DNA of 64,000 nucleotides from an uncultured Candidatus Cloacimonadota bacterium (lineage in GTDB: Bacteria > Cloacimonadota > Cloacimonadia > Cloacimonadales > WRIO01). The stretch covers positions 1,883 to 65,882 of the forward strand of contig CAZNKI010000010.1 of NCBI GenBank assembly GCA_964573665.1, given 5' to 3'. A program made the translations under genes and the position numbers. The notes below the pieces were generated by a model. It worked only from the letters and a program-made list of their open reading frames with translations. It was not told where the DNA came from and ran no database searches. This document shows positions 29,254-37,631 of this stretch, piece after piece; position 1 is the stretch's first letter; each line of letters begins with the position of its first letter.

Positions 29254-30657
29254 CTAATATTCTTTCACTTCTTGTTCATCTGGTATCTCGATATCATTAT
29301 TATCAATTTCAATTCTTAAATTTTCTTCATGCATTTTTTCATAGAGATAAATAAGCATTAAGTCTCGAATTTCTGACCAGTATTGCCCATCTGGAAATAA
29401 ATAATTCACATAATCATCCAGCGTAATTAAAGGATCCTGATTCCCTTTTTGATAATTTTTTTTGATCAATAAGAGAATGACTCTTCTTAATTCATGAGCT
29501 GTTTTTGTTGATTCTAACTGGGTTAATACTCTTTTTTGGTCATTGTTTTCTTGCATCATTACAAAAATACTGTTAGTAATTGCTTTGAGTATGTTTATGG
29601 TTTTTGTTTGCATATCTAATACCTCCGTAATATATAGATAGATAATTTCGCTTTTTAATACTGATTTTTTGTTTTGATATTGATGTTTTGCATCATTTCG
29701 AATATAGGATAAGATACTTTTTTCATTTATAAGATTATGAATTATAGTGTTATAAGAGTTTTCGATAATCTCTTCAGATATTTTTATTTGTCTTTTATCC
29801 ACCCAATTATTATTTTCATTATTCCATGTGGCTTTTGATACTTTATAATATTTATAAATGAATTGATTCCAATCGCTTCTTAACTTTGCTTTTGACATTT
29901 TGTATAAGAATGTATATATATTTGAAGGGAGATTGATGATATCAATTTGAGGAGATGTGGCAAAGTTTGAAAAACTATTTATTGTTATATTTTCTGTTGG
30001 ATTTTCTTTGTCAGTATCTATAAATAAATCGATTAATTCTCCAGCTACTTTAATAATCGCATTATTTGGATTTTTGATTGCAGGAGAGAGAAAACCACCT
30101 TTCAGGTTTGTTCCAAAATATTTATTATAATTGTTTGAAATAATTTTATTTTTTATATAAATTCTTATGCCTTCGCTATTGGGTTGTAGAAGAATCAAAT
30201 TTTTACCCTGATATGTTGCCAAAGGTGCGAGAAATATTGCAGTAAGACAATCAGCACATAGCATAAATCCCTTTTCCAGAGCATGGTGGAAATTAACATA
30301 AGTATTCGAACCGCATAAACAATAATTATCTCTTCCCGTAGGGCTTAGATGTTTCATTTGACCACAAATTCTGCAATAACCACTTTCTAACATTGAGTTA
30401 TAGATTGTCTCCGTATAGTATGTTATTGTTTTACTTGTTTTTTTTTCAACAGTATTGTTAGTCTTATGAGTTATTGTAGAATTAAGAAAAAAGCTATGAA
30501 GTTTGCCTTCCCAATTTACTACATACACTTTAGTCACCATAGTAATAAGTTCATTGAGCGATTTATTTGGGTTTTTCTCTTGAAGAAATTCGAGAACTAA
30601 GCGACCATTATCAACAAAGGGATCACCTGTTACATGATCATTATAATTATTTTTCAT
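29254..30657 (-). CDS. cas8b: Cas8b-like large subunit (type I-B)
   Basis: 467 aa. Sits between cas6 and cas7 as expected for the I-B large subunit. Cys-rich segment CRICGQ...CLCGS...CADC. Assignment rests mainly on position. Confidence 0.65.
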   Translation of the reverse strand: MKNNYNDHVTGDPFVDNGRLVLEFLQEKNPNKSLNELITMVTKVYVVNWEGKLHSFFLNSTITHKTNNTVEKKTSKTITYYTETIYNSMLESGYCRICGQMKHLSPTGRDNYCLCGSNTYVNFHHALEKGFMLCADCLTAIFLAPLATYQGKNLILLQPNSEGIRIYIKNKIISNNYNKYFGTNLKGGFLSPAIKNPNNAIIKVAGELIDLFIDTDKENPTENITINSFSNFATSPQIDIINLPSNIYTFLYKMSKAKLRSDWNQFIYKYYKVSKATWNNENNNWVDKRQIKISEEIIENSYNTIIHNLINEKSILSYIRNDAKHQYQNKKSVLKSEIIYLYITEVLDMQTKTINILKAITNSIFVMMQENNDQKRVLTQLESTKTAHELRRVILLLIKKNYQKGNQDPLITLDDYVNYLFPDGQYWSEIRDLMLIYLYEKMHEENLRIEIDNNDIEIPDEQEVKEY

Positions 30658-31459
30658 CTTGTCTCCTTAATAAGTCAACGCATCCCATTCCAGCACTATT
30701 TTTGTCTCCAAAACCACATTCATAGCCAATTTTAATCAATTCAGGATAAGTCTCAATTGTAAAAGGTCCTTCAAAACATTTAATCTTTTCATTATTTTTA
30801 AAGTGAATCAATTTGCTAATTCTCCCACCGGCTTTAACAATATAATTTGGATCAAATGAAAAGTTAAAGAGGATTGGCTGATTCCAGTTTTCAGAGAAAA
30901 TCGTCTTATATTTTTGACAAAGATTATTATAGAGATTAATCTTAAAATGATCTCTTTCTTCAGGATTCATATAATCTAAAAAGTGTTGCTGAAGCTTTCC
31001 ATCGATTTCTTGCATAGTGGACATTGAAATAGGAGAAAGGCATGAAAATGTCATACGGTTTTGATATTCAATTTCTGGCAGTACTTCTACTTCGCTGATC
31101 ATCATTTTTAAAGTATGAGTTTTAAAATTTAAAACTAATATATTGTCTGTAAAAATTCCAAGAACAATATTTTCAAATATTCTATCAACATTGGTAGATA
31201 AAATAAGAGATGCTTTTTTTACATTTCGAAAACCATGCTGATCTTTATGAATTGTAGTAAAGTTATCAAGAAGTAGCTTTGAAAAGGTGAAAAATTTAAA
31301 AACTCTTAAATCGTTATGATATCCCTCATTATGAAGAAAATCTGAGAATAGTGGCTCTGCTTTATTTAAGGTGTTGTATATAGCAGAATGTAATTGATAA
31401 TTATAATTGTATGGAATAAATGACTTGTCTTGAAGAAGAAAATTAATTTTTAATCTCAT
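30647..31459 (-). CDS. cas6: Cas6 crRNA endoribonuclease
   Basis: ATG 31459 (MRLKINFLL) is preceded by AGAGG; the listed 31486 start is a TTG. C-terminal Gly-rich loop GFGDKNSAGMG typical of Cas6. Confidence 0.8.
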   Translation of the reverse strand: MRLKINFLLQDKSFIPYNYNYQLHSAIYNTLNKAEPLFSDFLHNEGYHNDLRVFKFFTFSKLLLDNFTTIHKDQHGFRNVKKASLILSTNVDRIFENIVLGIFTDNILVLNFKTHTLKMMISEVEVLPEIEYQNRMTFSCLSPISMSTMQEIDGKLQQHFLDYMNPEERDHFKINLYNNLCQKYKTIFSENWNQPILFNFSFDPNYIVKAGGRISKLIHFKNNEKIKCFEGPFTIETYPELIKIGYECGFGDKNSAGMGCVDLLRRQDEK

Positions 31460-31525
31460 AAAAACCTCTTGCTGTAAAAACTTCAATGTTTTTCAAAAAA
31501 TAAGACTTTTTTATACACATCGTCA

Positions 31526-31554
31526 TTTTTATTCTAAGCTTTTTTAATTGTCAA
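31526..31554 (-). promoter_or_regulatory. Candidate sigma70-type promoter for the cas operon
   Basis: On the minus strand: TTGACA (31554-31549), 17-nt spacer, TAAAAA (31531-31526), ~65 nt upstream of the cas6 ATG. Weak -10; the host promoter consensus is unknown. Confidence 0.25.
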
Positions 31555-31633
31555 GTTTTTTTATAAAAATATCAGTATTTTATATTATTTTTTTCATTAT
31601 TATATGATTGTTCCTATAAATATCTCCCTACCT

Positions 31634-31724
31634 GCGGGGCTTATGATTTAGGGGTGTCTTTACTGTAAACTGCTCTATACTTGTTTACTGTTGCAATTCT
31701 TATATTCTCAAGCCCCGCTTGGGG
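31634..31724. repeat. GC-rich nested inverted repeat / possible structured element upstream of cas6
   Basis: GCGGGGCTT (31634-31642) is complementary to AAGCCCCGC (31710-31718). Inner GTAAAC (31665-31670) pairs with GTTTAC (31683-31688). A competing local hairpin CCCC-GCTT-GGGG lies at 31713-31724. Confidence 0.6.
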
Positions 31725-31783
31725 TGAAAGAAAAAACGCCATCGGGTAGATTTTACTAAATATTACGCAAGACCACACTGTCA

Positions 31784-31911
31784 GCTACCAAGATGTCAGG
31801 ACTACGTCCCTAAAATATTGAAAATTTGATATAGCTACCAAGATGTCAGGACTACGTCCCTAGATAAGGAATGATTATTCATTGCTATTAAGATGTCAGG
31901 ACTACGTCCCT
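31784..31911. repeat. Mini-array: 3 x 28-bp direct repeat with an exact 50-bp period and 22-bp unique spacers
   Basis: GCTACCAAGATGTCAGGACTACGTCCCT at 31784 and 31834; GCTATTAAGATGTCAGGACTACGTCCCT at 31884. Spacers are AAAATATTGAAAATTTGATATA and AGATAAGGAATGATTATTCATT. Confidence 0.9.
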
Positions 31912-32002
31912 TTCTTTTTCAATTAAGTAAGCAGGGATACTTGCTTAACAATAATCGTATCTTTGATAGTTGTAAAGATGTAGAAATATGGTGGGTTTAA
32001 AA

Positions 32003-32032
32003 GTAAAAAACCCGGCGTGAAGCCGGGTTTTT
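32003..32032 (-). terminator. Rho-independent terminator downstream of the DEAD-box helicase gene
   Basis: CCCGGC (32011-32016) / GCCGGG (32022-32027) stem flanked by A6 and T5. On the minus strand the stem is followed by TTTTTT. Confidence 0.8.
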
Positions 32033-32037
32033 GATAT

Positions 32038-33987
32038 TTATTCAGAATCAGTTTTCTTTTTAAAACGTCGATTTGGTGGATTTGAGTCTCTGTCTCTATC
32101 GCGATAACTCGGTTTTTTCTGAGATGGATCTTTAGTTTTGTCCGAATAACTTCTTTTTATTGGTTCTGCATCACCTGATGAAGAGTTTCTATAATCAGAA
32201 TAGTTTCTTTTTCTTGGTTCAGCATCGTTTGATGATGAGTTTCTTGAATCAGAATAGTTTCTTCTTCTTGGTTCAGCATCGTTTGATGATGAGTTTCTTG
32301 AATCAGAATAACGATTGTCACGTCTTCTTGGGGCTTGATCATCATCTCTTCGTGAACGGTAGCCATCTCTTTTTGAGCGTGATTGGTCACGAGGATCATC
32401 CTGAGAAATTTCAACATGGATTCTTCTGCCTTGATATTCTTTCCCCTTGAAAGAATCGAGAAGTGTTGGTGTAAAATTCTGATCAATTTCAAAGAATGAG
32501 AAATATTGTAAAATCTTAATCTTACCAATAGGAATTGAGCGTTGTTGTGTATATTCATTGATTAGTGAGATCAAATCAGGAGGAGTTAAATCGTCTTTTC
32601 TGCCAAGATTGATAAACATTCTTTCATACTTTTGCACAGAATTTTTTGCTGAGTGATCAAAGGCATTAATATCTTTTGAATCTTTATAATAATCAAGAAA
32701 ACGATTAAACTCAATAGATACGAATTTTTTGATCAGTTCTTCACGATCAAGCCATTCCAATTTTTTATAGATCATTGGAAGGAAAGAATCAATCTCTGTT
32801 TCATTAACGTCGATTTTTTCAATACGATCAATCTGGTGGAAAAGTTGTTTTTCACATACTTCTCTTCCAGTGGGTACTTTTTTAAAAGTGAACTGTTTTT
32901 TGATCTGTTGTTCAATGATCTGGATTTTTCTTTTTTCTTTCAGGTGGGCAATAACAATTGATATTCCCTTTTTACCAGCACGACCTGTTCTACCGCTTCT
33001 GTGCGTATAAACTTCAAGTTCATCTGGGATATTATAATTGATAATATGTGTAAGATTGTCCACATCAATACCACGAGCAGCCACATCTGTTGCAACAAGT
33101 AAGCTAAGGTGACCACTACGGAATTTTCCCATGACGTGATCTCTTTGATTTTGAGAGAGGTCTCCATGAAGTGCATCAGCATTGTAAGAGTCTTTCATTA
33201 ACTGTTCTGCGATATCCTGTGTTTCCTGGCGAGTACGGCAAAAAACAATACCGTAAATATTGGGATAATAATCCACGATGCGCTTTAATGCTGAATAACG
33301 ATCACGCGCCTGAACCATATAGCATTCATGACTAATACCTTCAGCGCCAGAATTCTTTGTGCCGATACCGATCTGTTGGAACGATTTTAAATATTTACGA
33401 GCTATTTCAAGCACTTCATTTGGCATGGTCGCAGAAAACATCAGGGTTTTCTTTGATTCTGGAGTGTCGGCTAAAATAATTTCAAGATCTTCTCTAAAAC
33501 CCATTGCCAGCATTTCATCTGCTTCATCAAGTACTAAAGTGGTAATCTTTGAAAGATTAACTTCTTTACGATTCATAAGGTCGATCAGACGTCCTGGAGT
33601 AGCGACAACGATTTGTGCTCCTTCTTTTATCACTCTGATCTGACGTTCAATGTTTGCACCGCCGAAGATTGCAGCGACTTTGATTCCATTGACAAATTTG
33701 GAATAGGTAGAGATATCATCTGCTACCTGTAAACACAATTCACGCGTTGGACACATGATCAGATGCTGAATCATTCTCTTGTGAGTGTCCGTATTTTCAA
33801 TAATTGGAAAACCAAAAGAAGCTGTTTTCCCTGTTCCTGTCTGTGAAGTGACAATCAAATCTCCTTCACTTTGCCCTAATAAGTGAGGAATAACCTTTTC
33901 TTGCACAGGCGTAGGTTCGACAAAACCTAATTCATCTATGGCTTTTAAGATTTCCTCTCTTAAGTTCATTTCGTTAAAACTTAACAT
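32038..33987 (-). CDS. deaD: DEAD-box ATP-dependent RNA helicase (DeaD/CsdA-like) with DbpA-type RNA-binding domain and R/S/D-rich repeat tail
   Basis: Q-motif (FVEPTPVQ), motif I SQTGTGKT, motif II DEAD (VLDEADEM), SAT, motif VI HRSGRTGRAG. C-terminal DbpA-like region. Low-complexity tail with 18-aa repeats. Confidence 0.9.
   Translation of the reverse strand: MLSFNEMNLREEILKAIDELGFVEPTPVQEKVIPHLLGQSEGDLIVTSQTGTGKTASFGFPIIENTDTHKRMIQHLIMCPTRELCLQVADDISTYSKFVNGIKVAAIFGGANIERQIRVIKEGAQIVVATPGRLIDLMNRKEVNLSKITTLVLDEADEMLAMGFREDLEIILADTPESKKTLMFSATMPNEVLEIARKYLKSFQQIGIGTKNSGAEGISHECYMVQARDRYSALKRIVDYYPNIYGIVFCRTRQETQDIAEQLMKDSYNADALHGDLSQNQRDHVMGKFRSGHLSLLVATDVAARGIDVDNLTHIINYNIPDELEVYTHRSGRTGRAGKKGISIVIAHLKEKRKIQIIEQQIKKQFTFKKVPTGREVCEKQLFHQIDRIEKIDVNETEIDSFLPMIYKKLEWLDREELIKKFVSIEFNRFLDYYKDSKDINAFDHSAKNSVQKYERMFINLGRKDDLTPPDLISLINEYTQQRSIPIGKIKILQYFSFFEIDQNFTPTLLDSFKGKEYQGRRIHVEISQDDPRDQSRSKRDGYRSRRDDDQAPRRRDNRYSDSRNSSSNDAEPRRRNYSDSRNSSSNDAEPRKRNYSDYRNSSSGDAEPIKRSYSDKTKDPSQKKPSYRDRDRDSNPPNRRFKKKTDSE
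32162..32323 (-). repeat. Three tandem 54-bp coding repeats in the helicase tail
   Basis: Units begin at 32162, 32216 and 32270 (GGTTCAGCATCGTTTGATGATGAGTTTCTTGAATCAGAATAGTTTCTTCTTCTT). They encode RRNYSDSRNSSSNDAEPR-type 18-aa repeats. Confidence 0.9.
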
Positions 33988-34201
33988 TTTTTCTCTTTCA
34001 CACTTTTTATTTTATAGAGTGATTCAAACACTCTTTGTCAGGCATCAGCAACTGCTAATGCATACCGGTAAAGGTTTTTACCGAAGTTTTCAAACGATTT
34101 AAACCACACAAAGGTTGATTTAAAAAAGTATTTGAAAATCTCTACAATTGATTTAAGTGACGATTATTTAAACAGTTCCGATTCGTCAATAAATATATTA
34201 T

Positions 34202-37174
34202 TTATTTCCCAATTAAGGCGATACCATGTTTCCCGTCCATCTTTATGATCAATGGATGATCAAATCGGCAATGCACACAATATGACTTTTTCTCGAAAAT
34301 AGTTTGTTCTTTGAGCCAATCCCAGTCAATAAACTCATCAGTGTCTGTTTGTGAGTATTTCACATTGAAATAGCCAATATTCATTGCAACAAGATTGTGG
34401 AAGAAGTGCGTACCCTGAGAAGCATCGATGGCAAAATCTTTAATACCAAACTCTACAATAGCTTTGGCAAAATTGATATTTGACCATTTCACAGGAATCC
34501 CCAAGAAGCGGTCACGCGTACCCCATCTTCCTGGACCTAACAAGATATATGGTCTGTTTTGTTGTCTCAATTGATGGTTAAAATAATCAATTTCATTCTG
34601 TATCTCAATGGTTTGGGTCTTATCAAAAAGAATTGGGTCAACATAAACCACATCATAAACATCATCAATCACACCATTTCCCATGCCTTGATTGGTATAA
34701 AGCATCAGATCTTTTTTGTTGATCAGATCCGCATCAATATAGTAGGATACAGGATTTACTGACAAGGGTCGTATCTGTAAGATATTAAAAGTTGGTCTTT
34801 CTTTTTTTATCTCATTTTTACTAAGATCAAGAGCAAATTCGAGTTCCACCGGGATACCTAATGACACTTCGCCAATCTGCATCAGTTCTTCAAGTATTTT
34901 TGCCAGAGGAAAATACTTGTATTTGAGAATGCTGGCAAATGTCAAAACCTTCATCCCTGTCTCATAATAGCCATCGATCATCATTTTATTTTCATAATCC
35001 CATACAGAAACAAGTTGATTCAAGGTTTGATGCTTTTCAGAGGACTTTAAACCAAGTTTGATCAATGTCGCATCTTCGCCTTTCAGGAGGTCAAATTCAT
35101 TTTGATTCAAGTCAATGGCATAAAAATCTTTCTGAGAATTTCTAATAATTTCTTCTGCTGTCAGCAGATCCGTTTCGGGGTATTTTGGGCAAAAACGGTA
35201 ATTATATTTTCCTTCAACGACAGCTTTCCCCAGTCCGAGCGCGATAGTCGCAATCCCATCATCATGCTCCATGTACGAAGTGGGATAAAAGTTGTAAGAT
35301 TGAGCCACACCTGACACATGAGGGTAGTAATAACCCTCTCCATGATTTTTCCCCACCACTTCCTGAATTATGACTGCCATTTTTTCTTCTTCAGTTTTAT
35401 ATGAAAGCGCTTCAATATAATTTCGTGTTTCCTGAAGATAAACAGAAGCAAAAACCAATTTAATTGCATTCATCAATTGCTCGAGTCTTACTTCAAAGCG
35501 CTGATGATTATTGGGAAGCATGAAAGTGCGATAAATGCCAGCAAAGGGTTGAAGTTGTGAATCTTCGAGTAAAGAAGATGATCGTACAGCAATCGGATAA
35601 TCAATTTCCATAAGATAGATACTCAACTTATTGATCAAATCATCACTTAGGGCACAAGAAATAAAAATCTCATCAATTTCAATATCGCTTTTGTTTTTGA
35701 TTAATTCTCCAATATGATGTTTTTCCACGAACAGATCAAATTCGTTAGTGCCAATAATGGCAGTACTGGGTAATGATATATTTACATTTTCAAAACGTTT
35801 TTCAAACTCCATCGAGCTGAGTAAAGCATTTAAAAAAGCAAGTCCTCTGCCTTTTCCACCAAGAGAACCTTCAGCAAGTCTTACAATTTGATTGACTTCG
35901 CTTAGATTTCGCGTTTCAAAGTTAATAATCTTGCCTTTGTACTTCATTTTTCGGACATTTTCAAATACGTCTTTGATAAAATCTCTTAATTCGCTTAAAT
36001 CTTTAAAATCTTCAACTTTGACTGTCCTGATTTTATTAGCAATCTGCACTTCTCCATGGGCGATCAGCCAGTTTGAGAAATGATTGCTTCGGCTATGAAA
36101 TAAGAGGGATTCATCAGGGATATCATCGATCATTTTTTGAAAATCAGCCAATGATTTTGCTTCACAGATCACATTCATTTGGGAATCTTTGAATACAAAA
36201 TTTCCGAAACCCAAATGATCAATGAAGAATCGGCGAAGTTTAGCGAGTAGTTGATCAGAGTTTTTGTCGAGAAATGTGACATTTATCGAATCTGCAATAA
36301 GTTGATTTTCTGATTCGGCAGATTGAAGTATGACAGGCATATCTGGCATTTCACTGCGAATCTTCTTGATGAGTTTAAAACCTGCATGTGGGTCTTCTAT
36401 TCCTGCTCTCTCAAATCGAACATCAGAGATGACGCAGAGCAGATACTCTTTATATTTTTCATAAATCTTAACGGCTTCTTCAAAATTTCTAGCAAGGATT
36501 ATTTTGGGGCGCACTCTCATTCTGAGCCTTCTACCCAGATCATTAAGCTCTTCTTCGATCAGACGTTGCGTTTGCCGCATCACCACCGAATACAAAAGAG
36601 GCATATAGAGAGAATAGTAGTTGATAGAATCTTCTACCAGAAGAATAACGCGGACTAAGCCTCTTTGTGTGTCTAGCTCCATATTCATCATATCTTCAAT
36701 ATTTTTCACCATAGCAAGAAAGAGCTTTGTGTCGGCAGACCAGAGATAAGTATTGTCGATATATTTCATTTCATCTTTATATTTTTCGATTAGTGCAAAA
36801 TCAGCTTTGTTGTTAAGTAAAAGCAGAACAGGCAAGTTGGCGTAATTTTGTTTAACGTATCTTGCAAGTTGAAAGGGTGTCATGTCTCCAATGCGCATCA
36901 TCGTAATGACCAGATCATATTGTCTTTCTTTCAGCGCTTTTATCGCTTCACTGGCAGTGGGAACACTATTGATGCGTGGAGCAGTTGTGAGATTTAATTG
37001 TTTATAATCGCCATAAATCAAGTCATTGAGTTGACCATCCTGTTCAAAAATAAACGCATCGTAGAATGTGGAAACCAAAAGGATATCTCTGATTCTGTGT
37101 TGCATCAACTGATAAAATATATCATCACCATATTTAAAGCGATTGTAATAATGATTGAGTTCTTTGATATTCAT
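34202..37174 (-). CDS. Receiver-domain / PEP-pyruvate-binding (PPDK_N ATP-grasp) fusion protein
   Basis: ATG 37174 (MNIKELNHYY) is preceded by AGGGAG. A pseudo-receiver (DLVITM in place of the acceptor Asp). A second receiver (ILLVEDS...LLCVISDVRF...MPVILQS). PPDK_N-type motifs SLGGKGRGLAFLN and VRSSSLLEDSQLQPFAGIYRTF. I recognised no phosphohistidine swivel domain. Confidence 0.65.
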   Translation of the reverse strand: MNIKELNHYYNRFKYGDDIFYQLMQHRIRDILLVSTFYDAFIFEQDGQLNDLIYGDYKQLNLTTAPRINSVPTASEAIKALKERQYDLVITMMRIGDMTPFQLARYVKQNYANLPVLLLLNNKADFALIEKYKDEMKYIDNTYLWSADTKLFLAMVKNIEDMMNMELDTQRGLVRVILLVEDSINYYSLYMPLLYSVVMRQTQRLIEEELNDLGRRLRMRVRPKIILARNFEEAVKIYEKYKEYLLCVISDVRFERAGIEDPHAGFKLIKKIRSEMPDMPVILQSAESENQLIADSINVTFLDKNSDQLLAKLRRFFIDHLGFGNFVFKDSQMNVICEAKSLADFQKMIDDIPDESLLFHSRSNHFSNWLIAHGEVQIANKIRTVKVEDFKDLSELRDFIKDVFENVRKMKYKGKIINFETRNLSEVNQIVRLAEGSLGGKGRGLAFLNALLSSMEFEKRFENVNISLPSTAIIGTNEFDLFVEKHHIGELIKNKSDIEIDEIFISCALSDDLINKLSIYLMEIDYPIAVRSSSLLEDSQLQPFAGIYRTFMLPNNHQRFEVRLEQLMNAIKLVFASVYLQETRNYIEALSYKTEEEKMAVIIQEVVGKNHGEGYYYPHVSGVAQSYNFYPTSYMEHDDGIATIALGLGKAVVEGKYNYRFCPKYPETDLLTAEEIIRNSQKDFYAIDLNQNEFDLLKGEDATLIKLGLKSSEKHQTLNQLVSVWDYENKMMIDGYYETGMKVLTFASILKYKYFPLAKILEELMQIGEVSLGIPVELEFALDLSKNEIKKERPTFNILQIRPLSVNPVSYYIDADLINKKDLMLYTNQGMGNGVIDDVYDVVYVDPILFDKTQTIEIQNEIDYFNHQLRQQNRPYILLGPGRWGTRDRFLGIPVKWSNINFAKAIVEFGIKDFAIDASQGTHFFHNLVAMNIGYFNVKYSQTDTDEFIDWDWLKEQTIFEKKSYCVHCRFDHPLIIKMDGKHGIALIGK

Positions 37175-37568
37175 AGAATGCTCCCTATCCACCTTTTGTA
37201 ATAGAATAATATGTTTTTTACTGAAAGTCAATAAGTATATTAAAAAATGAAATTCTAAGGTGAAATTTTTGTTTTCTGTTATGATGATTTTGTTGTTTAA
37301 CTTTTTGACTTTAGTTTTTTGATATCTGCAAAACGAGAGCTTTAAATTAGAATAATAACTGATAATTTTTATTGAATCACTTTCTGAATAGCAAGTTATC
37401 ATCACTCGAAAAATGAAATGGCTCGCACCTATAGCGCTTGTAATGCAGGTTGAAACCATGTATTTACATATGATGCTGATCATGAGTATTTTTAGTTAAG
37501 AGATTAATGGAGATTTTTTATTATGAATAGATTCGAGCAAAGCACTCTTTGTGTGATGACAATTACTA

Positions 37569-37597
37569 TTGACAAGATTATAAGTACATATTATCTT
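37569..37597 (+). promoter_or_regulatory. Candidate sigma70-type promoter for the ATPase gene
   Basis: TTGACA (37569-37574), 17-nt spacer, TATCTT (37592-37597), ~35 nt upstream of the ATG at 37632, which has an AAGGAG RBS. Confidence 0.3.
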
Positions 37598-37631
37598 GGG
37601 AAAAGAAGAATTGTTCATAAAGGAGCGAATA

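Noticed and set aside
31784-31911. Interpreting the 28-bp/22-bp mini-array as a second canonical CRISPR array
   Set aside because: There are only three repeats and the spacers are 22 bp. The I-B 5' handle is not conserved. A solitary copy exists at 507-534, far from any cas gene. It is kept as an unexplained repeat locus in the findings, not called as a CRISPR array.
31794-31985. Mini-ORFs starting at the ATG inside each 28-bp repeat (MSGLRP-stop twice, and a 34-codon ORF from the third copy)
   Set aside because: No Shine-Dalgarno sequence lies upstream (…CTACCAAG ATG). The two 6-codon versions end at stops just past the repeat. The solitary copy at 507 gives an unrelated peptide. The repeat is therefore more likely to act as DNA or RNA than as a coding sequence.
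32157-32558. ORFs 32157..32558 (-) and 32160..32450 (+) with repetitive peptides overlapping the helicase tail
   Set aside because: They are alternative-frame or antisense readings of the 54-bp tandem repeat. The helicase frame is continuous with conserved domains upstream.
34017-34084. Small hairpins (GAGTG...CACTC at 34017-34033; CGGTAAA...TTTACCG at ~34066-34083) in the deaD 5' region, considered as a terminator or cold-shock regulatory structure
   Set aside because: No T-tract follows either hairpin on the minus strand and the stems are short. This could be a 5'-UTR structure, but the evidence is too thin to call.
37175-37483. 103-codon N-terminal extension of the 1093-aa ORF (listed start at 37483)
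   Set aside because: The extension is low-complexity and AT-driven (MISIICKYMV...KKLNNKIIITENK) and has no RBS. An ATG at 37174 with an AGGGAG RBS starts exactly where homology-like receiver sequence begins.
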